64,000 nucleotides of DNA from Thermoplasmata archaeon (GTDB lineage: Archaea; Thermoplasmatota; E2; DHVEG-1), in NCBI GenBank assembly GCA_020054475.1, contig JAHWGJ010000004.1, positions 5,384-69,383 on the forward strand. Reading direction: 5' to 3'. The notes beneath the pieces are model-generated. The model did no database searches. It saw only the letters and a program-made list of their open reading frames with translations, and was not told the origin of the DNA. Of the stretch, positions 53,634 through 61,778 are shown piece after piece. Within the stretch, counting starts at the first letter, position 1. Every line of letters starts with the position of its first letter. The translations under genes and the position numbers were made by a program.

Positions 53634-53801
53634 TCCCCATTCCTTTTTATTATACAACCAAAACAATTTTAGATTTAACTTTTCAATTAAATTTTCTAAT
53701 CATAATCATTCAAAATAGAGAAAGTTATATATCCATGTATTATTATATTATTTATTCCTATTATCATATGGGGGGGAATAATAAACGGAGGGTAAATTAT
53801 T

Positions 53802-54917
53802 ATGAATACCAAGATTGATTGGAAGAAAAATATTGTAATTTTAGTTATATGTTTATTTATAGGGGCAAGTATAATACCACATGTTATTGGTAACGAAGAA
53901 AATCCACGTAAAAATATTCAAAAAGAATCTAATTTTTACACGTTTTTTGACGGAGAGAATCAAATCTATATTATTGATAAGGAACAATGTAATACTGAAA
54001 AAAATATATTCTCGCAACATAAAGGAGATAATCTAGTTTCTAATCCGTCGTTTGAAGAAGGGGCTGGGGATTTACCAGATGGATGGAATCATTATCAAAT
54101 TAAACATGAAGAATTGTATAGATGGGATGATTCAGATGTTTATACTGGTGAAAAAGCAGTTGGGTCATCTTATTTAACAGAATTAAACTCTTATGCAATA
54201 TGGTACAGTACCGAATTAATACCTGTTGATCTCGAAAATAATCTATATGTCTTATCTGCATATACAAAATTCTCCGATGAACCATCAGAGGATCAAGTAA
54301 TATACCTTGGTACGCACCACTATGATGAAAATATGGATTCTATGAACATAATATACTTAAAATATTTTTATTTTTGTAATAATTGGACATTAAAAGAGTT
54401 TGACACAGGTTGGAACAATCCAGAAATTAAACAACAGACCAAATATATTCGCATTCTTTTATCTCATGGAATGAAATATAATTCAAATAATCTCCCCAAT
54501 CCAAATGTTGAAGTTCGTTTTGATGATGTATTCTTTGGCATTATAGGAAATAATCCACCTAGGAAACCTGAAATCCCTGATGGCCCAGTAATTGGTAAGC
54601 CATTAGAGTCTTATACTTATACTACTAAGAGTATTGATCCTGATGGTGATACAATTTATTACGCTTGGTCATGGGGGGATGGAAATTATACTTATACTGA
54701 GTCATATTTATCTGGGGAGGAATGCCAAGCAACTTATACATATGCAGAAAAAGGAACATATTTAATTTCAGTATGTGCAATTGATAAATATAATCAAGCA
54801 AGTGCTTGTGCAACACTTGAGGTTAAAATGCCTGTACAAAAAATTTTTAATCAGGTACCAAGAATCCTTGTATGTTTGTTTGAACGATTTCCATTCCTAC
54901 AACTATACTTTCTTTAA
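53802..54917 (+). CDS. Secreted PKD-domain protein
   Basis: N-terminal TM/signal. YYAWSWGDGNYTYTE...GTYLISVCAIDKYNQAS is PKD-like. The same C-terminal layout as ORF 1062..2525 (LEVKMP vs LEINMP). Confidence 0.45.
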   Translation: MNTKIDWKKNIVILVICLFIGASIIPHVIGNEENPRKNIQKESNFYTFFDGENQIYIIDKEQCNTEKNIFSQHKGDNLVSNPSFEEGAGDLPDGWNHYQIKHEELYRWDDSDVYTGEKAVGSSYLTELNSYAIWYSTELIPVDLENNLYVLSAYTKFSDEPSEDQVIYLGTHHYDENMDSMNIIYLKYFYFCNNWTLKEFDTGWNNPEIKQQTKYIRILLSHGMKYNSNNLPNPNVEVRFDDVFFGIIGNNPPRKPEIPDGPVIGKPLESYTYTTKSIDPDGDTIYYAWSWGDGNYTYTESYLSGEECQATYTYAEKGTYLISVCAIDKYNQASACATLEVKMPVQKIFNQVPRILVCLFERFPFLQLYFL

Positions 54918-55463
54918 TTTAATAAATTTGGAATATAAAATAATAAGGAGAGAGGGGAGAAGATAGAAAAACCCTATTCGTCTCAAGATTAGGATGGGCT
55001 AGGCTAAAAGAAATATCCGTTTTATAACTCCCCACTCACTTAATATATTTGTAACTAATGTTATTTATAGTTTAACATTTTTTAGATGTAACATCTATAA
55101 ATAAAGAAGGAAAGAGAGGGATTCGTATATTCAAAAACGGAGGTAAAAAGAGTTTTAGGTAATATACATAAAAAGGAATCCATCTCTCATTAATATATTG
55201 TTTATCATTGTTATTATATAAAATAAACGATTATATATTCGTCAATAAGCGATATTTATTCATTTTTAGATGTTTAGATTAAGGATATTAGAATGTGTTA
55301 AAGGAAAGATGGAAGAGAATAGAGGTATAAATGAGAGATGGGATGGAAGGGAAGAGGTGGAATAAAAAATATTAATCCTAAATCCTCTATTCTCTGATAT
55401 TATACTCTGTAATTTGGCTATATAAAGATTATTTGACAAGTATTATCAAAAGATTTATAACAT

Positions 55464-55694
55464 ATGTATTACAAATATTATAATAAGGTGACCTCTATGC
55501 CAATGAAATGTCAAATATGTAGAAAATTTTTTGGTATTGTATATAAAAAACATAAATTGAAAGATGGTAGAATTGTTTGTATTGATTGTTTAGAGAGATT
55601 ACACGAAAAAAAACACCAATCTCAAGAAATGGCAAAAAAAAATATATGTGAATATTGTAATAAGAAAATTCATAGAATAAGTGAAGGGTGGTAA
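55464..55694 (+). CDS. Zinc-ribbon protein (three CxxC pairs)
   Basis: CQICRK...CIDC...CEYCNKK. Confidence 0.35.
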   Translation: MYYKYYNKVTSMPMKCQICRKFFGIVYKKHKLKDGRIVCIDCLERLHEKKHQSQEMAKKNICEYCNKKIHRISEGW

Positions 55695-55862
55695 TAGTTA
55701 ATATCAGAAGATTTATTAGATGTTGAGTATACCATTACAATATGGACAATAGCATTCATTAAATTGTTCGACATATACCCTATTGATTCTATTTTCCCAA
55801 TCCTTATCCATCATCTTAACGAAATCTAAACCTACCATTACTATCAAAATGGAAATATCATC

Positions 55863-55948
55863 TGAAGTATATTAATAGTCAGAAAATGTTTGGGATATAC
55901 CAAATGATTTATTAGATATGTTTTTGTTACAAAATCTGGGAGTATATC
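55863..55948 (+). repeat. Promoter/leader module type B, copy 1 (TGAAGTATAT ... TTTATTAGATATG ... AAATCTGGGAGT)
   Basis: Seen in sequence. Shared with 56362..56440, 57611..57656 and 57798..57889. Confidence 0.45.
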
Positions 55949-55959
55949 TATGAAACATT

Positions 55960-56328
55960 ATGGAAGAATATAATATGAAAACACATATTGTTATTGGATT
56001 GACATTTGTATTAATTTTGGTTGGTTTTAGTGGATGTGTAGAGCAAAATGGAAATGAAGACTATAGTTCTTTATTTATTGGTAGTTGGGAACGACCTGAC
56101 GGAAAACCTTTGATTATGTATGAAAATGGTTCATATTTTACAGATGCATCTCAATTAAATTCACCTTTGAGTTTTTGGGGAACTTGGAATGTCATAGATG
56201 ATACTAGATTTTTATTACATTATCAAGGGGAGACATTGTCTTATACATTTGAATTTGTGAATGATAATAAGTTTATTGTCACGGATATTGAATCAGGAAT
56301 TATAAAAACTTATAGTAGAATAAGTTAG
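55960..56328 (+). CDS. Small secreted lipoprotein-like protein
   Basis: Signal plus VGFSGCVEQ lipobox-like, as in the SBP genes. Confidence 0.4.
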   Translation: MEEYNMKTHIVIGLTFVLILVGFSGCVEQNGNEDYSSLFIGSWERPDGKPLIMYENGSYFTDASQLNSPLSFWGTWNVIDDTRFLLHYQGETLSYTFEFVNDNKFIVTDIESGIIKTYSRIS

Positions 56329-56361
56329 TGAAATTAAAATTAGTATGTGAAAAAGTACATT

Positions 56362-56440
56362 TGAAGTATATCTTATTAAAATCTGTTAAGCATAGTTTTA
56401 TTAGATATGGTTTAGTTACAAAATCTGGGAGTTTGCGTGT
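56362..56440 (+). repeat. Promoter/leader module type B, copy 2
   Basis: gaagtatatcttattaaaatctgttaagcatagttttattagatatggtttagttacaaaatctgggagt. Confidence 0.45.
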
Positions 56441-56773
56441 ATGGAAAATAATTATAAAATAGGTTTAATTTTGATTGTTGTTGGCTATATATCTATTATA
56501 TCTGCATTAATTATTTCGTATGCTAGTTTTTTATCTATCCGTGATTATTCAAATTATGATTTATTTAATAATTTACATACTATATTCTTATTTGTTTTTA
56601 TAGCTGGATTAATATTAATTCCAATAGGACTTATTTTACAATCTTTAAAAATTAAAATTAAGAAATTCTCTAAAAAACCAGTTGAAATGGCAAGAAAAAT
56701 ACTATATGAAAGATATGCTAAAGGAGAGATTTCTAAGAAAGAATTTCAAGATATGAAAAAAGATTTAGAATGA
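56441..56773 (+). CDS. Two-TM membrane protein with C-terminal SHOCT domain
   Basis: C-terminus ILYERYAKGEISKKEFQDMKKDLE matches the SHOCT consensus (L..RYA.GEI..EE....K). Confidence 0.5.
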   Translation: MENNYKIGLILIVVGYISIISALIISYASFLSIRDYSNYDLFNNLHTIFLFVFIAGLILIPIGLILQSLKIKIKKFSKKPVEMARKILYERYAKGEISKKEFQDMKKDLE

Positions 56774-56796
56774 TATGTTGAAAAGAAGTAGAACTA

Positions 56797-57090
56797 ATGA
56801 AAAATAATTACATTACTGTTGGAGTGACTATTATTCAAGTATGTGGTGTATTAGCAGTTGTATTCTATGCTTTGTTGTTTGAATCAATATTAACTTATGC
56901 TATGATTCTAGGTGTGATTATAGGTATTATTATATTGATTATTGGAAAAACAGAAAGTGAGAAAGAAGTTATTAAGAGTAATCCATCAAAACAAGATAAT
57001 AAAGCATTACAAATCTTAAAAGAGAGATATGCAAAAGGTGAGATAACAAAGAGAGAATTTAAGGATATGAAGAAGGATGTAGAGGGATAG
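56797..57090 (+). CDS. Two-TM membrane protein with C-terminal SHOCT domain (paralog)
   Basis: ILKERYAKGEITKREFKDMKKDVEG. Confidence 0.5.
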   Translation: MKNNYITVGVTIIQVCGVLAVVFYALLFESILTYAMILGVIIGIIILIIGKTESEKEVIKSNPSKQDNKALQILKERYAKGEITKREFKDMKKDVEG

Positions 57091-57093
57091 AAT

Positions 57094-57513
57094 ATGGGTT
57101 TAATGAAATATTTAGGTGGTATTGGACTTTACTTGTTAGGTGGATTTTTAATATTTATTGGTATAGTATCTTCAATTGTTGCTATTGAAATGTGTGCAAT
57201 TTTAGTTGTTGTTGGTATTATTATTTTATTATCAGGTGTTTTTTATACAAGAACTTCAACTTATGACGTTCCAAGACATATAAAAATTGTAAATAAGAAA
57301 AAGAAAAGAGATGATGATATAAGATGCACAAATTGTGGAAGAGTAATACCTATAGATGCTAAAATTTGTCCATATTGTAGTAAGAAATTAATTGAGGATG
57401 TTAAAGAAATAAATGATAGCAACTCTCCAATTGAAATTTTAAAGAATAGATTTGCAAAGGGTGAACTTACTGAAGAAGAGTATGAAAGAATGAAGAAGAA
57501 ATTAGAAGGATAG
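57094..57513 (+). CDS. Two-TM membrane protein with internal zinc ribbon and C-terminal SHOCT domain (paralog)
   Basis: CTNCGRV...CPYCSKK, then ILKNRFAKGELTEEEYERMKKKLEG. Confidence 0.5.
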   Translation: MGLMKYLGGIGLYLLGGFLIFIGIVSSIVAIEMCAILVVVGIIILLSGVFYTRTSTYDVPRHIKIVNKKKKRDDDIRCTNCGRVIPIDAKICPYCSKKLIEDVKEINDSNSPIEILKNRFAKGELTEEEYERMKKKLEG

Positions 57514-57516
57514 AAT

Positions 57517-57609
57517 ATGAATAAACGAAGATGGAAGAAATGTGGTAAATTGTTTATGCCTACAGACATTTATGACTATACTTGTGAAATCTGCTCTATG
57601 GAAAGTTAA
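57517..57609 (+). CDS. Micro zinc-ribbon ORF (30 aa)
   Basis: MNKRRWKKCGKLF...YTCEICSMES. Start overlaps the stop of the upstream gene. Confidence 0.2.
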   Translation: MNKRRWKKCGKLFMPTDIYDYTCEICSMES

Positions 57610-57610
57610 G

Positions 57611-57656
57611 CATAAATTTATTAGATATGTTAAGTTATTTCAATTGGAGTTACAGA
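57611..57656 (+). repeat. Promoter/leader module type B, copy 3 (partial)
   Basis: cataaatttattagatatgttaagttatttcaattggagttacagaATG. Confidence 0.35.
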
Positions 57657-57794
57657 ATGACAGTATATAGATGCAATATCTGTGGTATTGAATATCCAAA
57701 AGATGAATTAGAGAGTGGTGTTTGTTTGGATTGTCTTGCATCTATAGTTCAAAAAGATGAAATAAATTTAGGATGTGGGGAGGATAGTTTATAG
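57657..57794 (+). CDS. Small zinc-ribbon protein (45 aa)
   Basis: CNICG...CLDC...GCGED. Confidence 0.3.
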   Translation: MTVYRCNICGIEYPKDELESGVCLDCLASIVQKDEINLGCGEDSL

Positions 57795-57797
57795 ATT

Positions 57798-57889
57798 TGA
57801 AAGAGATATCTTATTAACATCTGTTAAGAAAACTTTTATTAGATATGTTTTAGCTACAATTACTAGATAATATTAGGGAGGTTATTAAA
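57798..57889 (+). repeat. Promoter/leader module type B, copy 4
   Basis: tgaaagagatatcttattaacatctgttaagaaaacttttattagatatgttttagctacaa...tagggaggttattaaaATG. Confidence 0.45.
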
Positions 57890-58159
57890 ATGATAAGAAA
57901 AAATGTTGGTTTTTTAATTATGTTCATTGGTGGTCTTGGCTTAGGATTACTATTAGGAAATGAGTTTTCAAGTTCTTATATAACAATAGTTGGAGCTATA
58001 TTATTATTAATTACTATAGGTTCAATAATAATATTGTCTTATAACAAAAAGGATAAGGATTTAAAACCTGGTTCAAAAGCATACGATGAAATTGGAGATC
58101 TTACTGAACTATCTTATGAACTCAGAGATAGAAGTAAAGGTAAGGATAAGGTGAAATGA
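57890..58159 (+). CDS. Small two-TM membrane protein with K/D-rich tail ending GKDKVK
   Basis: ORF. The tail motif recurs in micro-ORFs 58330..58380 and 60809..60856. Confidence 0.4.
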   Translation: MIRKNVGFLIMFIGGLGLGLLLGNEFSSSYITIVGAILLLITIGSIIILSYNKKDKDLKPGSKAYDEIGDLTELSYELRDRSKGKDKVK

Positions 58160-58287
58160 AAGGAATTAAAGAAAAGAATTTTTGTGATAAATGTAAAACA
58201 ATGACTTGGCATGAATATAGAGGAACAACAAAAAAAAGAAAAGGACAAACAGAGTGTCTTGAGTGTCATAATATAAGAATTTTATAA
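58156..58287 (+). CDS. Small zinc-ribbon protein (43 aa). ATG overlaps the upstream TGA (GTGAAATGAAAGG).
   Basis: NFCDKCKTMTWHEY...CLECHN. Paralog of 60589..60786 (NYCDNCKTNTWHRY...CQVCKH). Confidence 0.4.
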   Translation: MKGIKEKNFCDKCKTMTWHEYRGTTKKRKGQTECLECHNIRIL

Positions 58288-58370
58288 AAAAAAGATAAAG
58301 ATATTGGTTTGATTAATGAGGAAATTGAGATGAGTTATTATAAACCTGATAAAAAGAAAGGTGTGGGTAA

Positions 58371-58598
58371 GGTGAAATAATCGTTTTAAAATTTAAGAAG
58401 AGAAAAAAGATTAAGTTAAAATCAAAATATAAAACAAAAATCGCTTATTGGATTTGTAGTGATTGCCATTGTGAATTTACAGACTCAGAGGATTATAAAA
58501 AATTGACAAAAAAGATAACATGTCCTTATTGTGGTAGAAAAAATATGACACATTTTAAAGAAGGAAAATATTCTGCCGATGTTATAAATAACATCTAA
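58371..58598 (+). CDS. Zinc-ribbon ORF (CSDCHC...CPYCGRKN) with no canonical start codon. Open stop-to-stop.
   Basis: Frame opens after TAA 58368-70. It overlaps the tail of micro-ORF MSYYKPDKKKGVGKVK (58330..58380). Confidence 0.25.
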   Translation, partial: GEIIVLKFKKRKKIKLKSKYKTKIAYWICSDCHCEFTDSEDYKKLTKKITCPYCGRKNMTHFKEGKYSADVINNI

Positions 58599-58620
58599 AA
58601 AATTACATTTAAATTTTTTT

Positions 58621-58712
58621 AAATCCCCCCTGTTGAAAAATAGTGTTATAATGCCTTAAAACCTGTTTTTCTCATGTTACACCCATGTTTTATAGGAGAA
58701 ACAACCTTATAA
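58621..58712 (+). repeat. Conserved intergenic element type A, copy 1 (AAATCCCCCCTGTTGAAAAATAGTGTTATAATGCC ... hairpin ... AGGAGAAACAACCTTA)
   Basis: Seen in sequence. Four copies share a TGTTATAATGC box, a T-run, and a CTCCTGTTAC...AGGAGAAA hairpin. Confidence 0.55.
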
Positions 58713-59036
58713 ACATTATAATAATAAAATTTATATCTTTTAATTTTATATAATTGTTGGGAGATAATATAGAGGGATTTATATTGAAGTTTATTAAATT
58801 GTCATTTATTATTAGTATACTCTTTTTTAGTTTGTTTATATCATTTTCAATAATATATCCAAAATCCAATATTGCATCTGCTGTAGATCCATATACAATT
58901 TGATTCAATTGTAATATTAGAAATTGAAGATTCAAGTGTTTTAGATATACCCATTCATCCTTTAAAAGGTGTTAAAAACATAGATATTAAGATTAAATAT
59001 TTTAATACAATTCCAAAAGAAATTAAGGACAGTTTT

Positions 59037-59798
59037 ATGATTAAAGGATTACTTTTTGGATTTAATAAATTTTCATTTATAACACCAGTTAATTTAACCA
59101 TAGAACGTACTAGCATACCAAATTGGTGTAATGTATCAATAATACCGCCAATTATAATTTTTGATGCATTTGATGATGGAGAAAATCTTGAACGTAGAGC
59201 TACTCTGCAGGTAGCTGTTAATAAAAAATCAACAGCTTTATTCCCATTTACATTGAGCATAATTGCTAAAGCAGATACACCAGACCCAAACATTAAACCT
59301 CCTCCTATTGCTACATTACCAATTACAATAACCCCGGGGTATGTTCCATTAATCTCCACTGATCCAGGTGCAGCAATTAAAAAAACTATACCGGGTAAAC
59401 CTGTTAATTGGAATATAAGAATATCTAACAATGGAAATGGTGAAGCTTTAGTTAAAGCTCGAATAATTAACTATCTTGAAGGATGGATTGTATCAGTAAA
59501 CCCTCAGATATTAATTCCATCACTAGCAGATGGAAAAAATAATGAAAATAACTTGTCATTAACAGCATTACCTCCTTTAAATATGGGTTATTATAATGAA
59601 AATGTAAAGATTGAAATTGAATTAACACCAGAATTTTCATCTCCAGGGGCTGGATCTTTGATTAATTCAATGAAAGGTGAACCAATGTATCTTACACTAT
59701 TAGTACAACTGAGAGGTTTCTCATTACCAGGATTTGAATTTATATTCATTATAATTGGAATATTGATTATTATAATTGTTAGAAAAAATAAGATATGA
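59037..59798 (+). CDS. Surface protein with canonical PGF-CTERM archaeosortase sorting signal
   Basis: C-terminus RGFSLPGFEFIFIIIGILIIIIVRKNKI is PGF, then a TM helix, then a basic tail. Pro/Thr/Ile-rich body. N-terminal signal not evident. Overlaps the minus-strand ORF 58955..59431. Confidence 0.45.
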   Translation: MIKGLLFGFNKFSFITPVNLTIERTSIPNWCNVSIIPPIIIFDAFDDGENLERRATLQVAVNKKSTALFPFTLSIIAKADTPDPNIKPPPIATLPITITPGYVPLISTDPGAAIKKTIPGKPVNWNIRISNNGNGEALVKARIINYLEGWIVSVNPQILIPSLADGKNNENNLSLTALPPLNMGYYNENVKIEIELTPEFSSPGAGSLINSMKGEPMYLTLLVQLRGFSLPGFEFIFIIIGILIIIIVRKNKI

Positions 59799-59853
59799 AA
59801 AAATTTATAATTGCAAATAAAAAAGAAAAATAAGTATTTTTGGAGATAATCAA

Positions 59854-59982
59854 ATGGATGAAACAAGAAAATGTCCGTTATGCAATCAGAACTTATTTGA
59901 AAATATTGTATGGAGTAATCAATTAGTCAGATACTGCCACGATTGTCAGAAAATCTTTATTAATAATAACGAGTATTTTTAA
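59854..59982 (+). CDS. Small zinc-ribbon protein (42 aa)
   Basis: CPLCNQ...CHDCQK. Confidence 0.3.
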   Translation: MDETRKCPLCNQNLFENIVWSNQLVRYCHDCQKIFINNNEYF

Positions 59983-60029
59983 GGTGATAATATAGAAATT
60001 TGTTGAACTGGAATTAAATAAATAATTGT

Positions 60030-60128
60030 TTTTCCCTCCTTTTGGAATTAGTGTTATAATACCTTAAAACCTGTTTTATCTCCTGTTACACCCCCATCTA
60101 CCAAGGAGAAACAACCTTTTAAAGCAAA
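60030..60128 (+). repeat. Conserved intergenic element type A, copy 2
   Basis: tttttccctccttttggaattagtgttataataccttaaaacctgttttatctcctgttacacccccatctaccaaggagaaacaaccttttaaagcaa. Confidence 0.55.
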
Positions 60129-60153
60129 TTCATATTATTAAGTATTGGTAAAG

Positions 60154-60273
60154 ATGGAAGATAAGAAACCTATGATCTGTAATTATTGTAAAAAAATAAT
60201 ATATGCAGATCATGAATGTTTTGAAGAACATGAAGGTAAATACTATCATGCAGACTGCAAGGACAAAATTTAA
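60154..60273 (+). CDS. Small zinc-finger protein (39 aa)
   Basis: CNYCKK...HECFEEHEGKYYHADC. Confidence 0.3.
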   Translation: MEDKKPMICNYCKKIIYADHECFEEHEGKYYHADCKDKI

Positions 60274-60319
60274 CAATTGAAATTGAATAATTTAATAATT
60301 GCAATAGAGGATTAAATAG

Positions 60320-60580
60320 ATGATTTGGCAGGATTATGCAATAACAATAATCGTTTACATGTTCGTTGCAGTAACTATACCACAATTAATAGATGTAATT
60401 AAAGGAAGAACGTCGTTGAATCTTTTCACTGCTGGAGCAACATCTCTTGGTAACTATGGTCTTGCATATATATTCTTCACTTTAGATTTATGGTTATCAG
60501 TAACATCAGCAATTCTTATTGCAACTCTTTGGATGTTATTGTTTTTATTTTCAATGAGAAACAAAAAAAAGGGAAAATAG
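60320..60580 (+). CDS. Small two-TM membrane protein
   Basis: ORF, hydrophobic. Confidence 0.4.
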   Translation: MIWQDYAITIIVYMFVAVTIPQLIDVIKGRTSLNLFTAGATSLGNYGLAYIFFTLDLWLSVTSAILIATLWMLLFLFSMRNKKKGK

Positions 60581-60588
60581 GATTATAA

Positions 60589-60786
60589 ATGATTAATAAA
60601 ATGTTGGAAGAAAATATTGAAGGAATAAAGGAACGCAACTATTGTGATAACTGCAAAACAAATACTTGGCACAGATATTTTGAATCAAATGTAATTGGAG
60701 ATTCATATAATCAATGTCAAGTATGTAAACACAAACGATTCCAAAAAGATTTTATTGGAATTCGTGATAGAAAATTTAAACAATGA
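60589..60786 (+). CDS. Small zinc-ribbon protein (paralog of 58156..58287)
   Basis: NYCDNCKTNTWHRY...CQVCKHKRF. Confidence 0.4.
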   Translation: MINKMLEENIEGIKERNYCDNCKTNTWHRYFESNVIGDSYNQCQVCKHKRFQKDFIGIRDRKFKQ

Positions 60787-60855
60787 TGTGATTGGTGAGA
60801 AAACCGAGATGAGTTATTACGCACCAGATAAGAAAGATAAGGATAAGGTGAAATA

Positions 60856-61155
60856 ATGAAGGTTAGATATTATCTTATTGGATTGATACTAATAATATTA
60901 GGTTTCCTATCTTTTGTATCGATAGCTGTATTAAATGAATATTCCTGGATGAATATTACATATCATATTATTCTAACAATATCTGGTTTTCTATTGATAG
61001 CTCTTGGTATAATCAGTATGATTATATTTCTTAGACCGAAGAATAAAGCAAAACCATCTCAAGAAGAACAGGACGTTGATCTTGCTGATAAGCTTGAGGA
61101 TTCAGCAGTTTATCATGCTCAACATAAAAAGAAAGTTAAGGATAAGAGGGAATAA
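60856..61155 (+). CDS. Small two-TM membrane protein with K-rich tail. ATG overlaps the TAA of micro-ORF 60809..60856.
   Basis: ORF, hydrophobic N-terminal half. Confidence 0.4.
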   Translation: MKVRYYLIGLILIILGFLSFVSIAVLNEYSWMNITYHIILTISGFLLIALGIISMIIFLRPKNKAKPSQEEQDVDLADKLEDSAVYHAQHKKKVKDKRE

Positions 61156-61157
61156 AA

Positions 61158-61448
61158 TTGTTATTTGAAAAGAAGGAAAACAAAGACAAGGAAGAAAAAA
61201 TTAATCCTGTTTATCATCCTTATGTTAACAAACCTTATTATCATGATAGTATATTTTTCAATGGTAAATATTATCATGGTACTATTAAGGAGGGGATTGC
61301 TGAATTATGTGATGATCCTATCAATCCATGTAGACTTTCTATGCTTGTAAAAGTTAAAACACAGAGGATAAAAACTATTTATGACGGCGGGGATACTGAG
61401 ATAATTGTTATTGAAGGGGAAATATTAAAAGATTATACAAAAATGTAA
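61158..61448 (+). CDS. Small hypothetical protein (His/Tyr-rich N-terminus)
   Basis: ORF only. Confidence 0.3.
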   Translation: MLFEKKENKDKEEKINPVYHPYVNKPYYHDSIFFNGKYYHGTIKEGIAELCDDPINPCRLSMLVKVKTQRIKTIYDGGDTEIIVIEGEILKDYTKM

Positions 61449-61545
61449 TTTCCCTTATGTTGGAAATTGTGTTATAATGCTTTAAAAGGTACTTTTTACT
61501 CCTGTTAACCCCTAGGTCTATAGGAGAAATAATACTTTTAATTAC
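61447..61545 (+). repeat. Conserved intergenic element type A, copy 3
   Basis: aatttcccttatgttggaaattgtgttataatgctttaaaaggtactttttactcctgttaacccctaggtctataggagaaataatacttttaattac. Confidence 0.55.
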
Positions 61546-61589
61546 CCTTTGTCTTTATTAAAATATTATTTATTTCATCAACATTAATT

Positions 61590-61778
61590 ATGAAATCTAG
61601 AGAAACCTGTATTAAATGTGGTCGTAACAAATCATCTGATAATGTGTCTTTGTTTTGTGTATCATGTAAAAACAAGATCATCAACTATTGTTGGAATTAT
61701 CAAAATAAACTACAAGATAGTTATTTAAATCGTAAGAGTCCCACAACAGGTCCAATTTTTTTTAAATTATCATCCTGA
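61590..61778 (+). CDS. Small zinc-ribbon protein
   Basis: CIKCGRNK...CVSCKNK. The 3' end overlaps the convergent eRF1-like gene. Confidence 0.3.
   Translation: MKSRETCIKCGRNKSSDNVSLFCVSCKNKIINYCWNYQNKLQDSYLNRKSPTTGPIFFKLSS

Noticed and set aside
58690-59431. Minus-strand ORFs 58690..58935 and 58955..59431
   Set aside because: They overlap the type-A repeat and the PGF-CTERM ORF. The + strand product has a canonical sorting signal. Kept only as an unresolved alternative (see finding).
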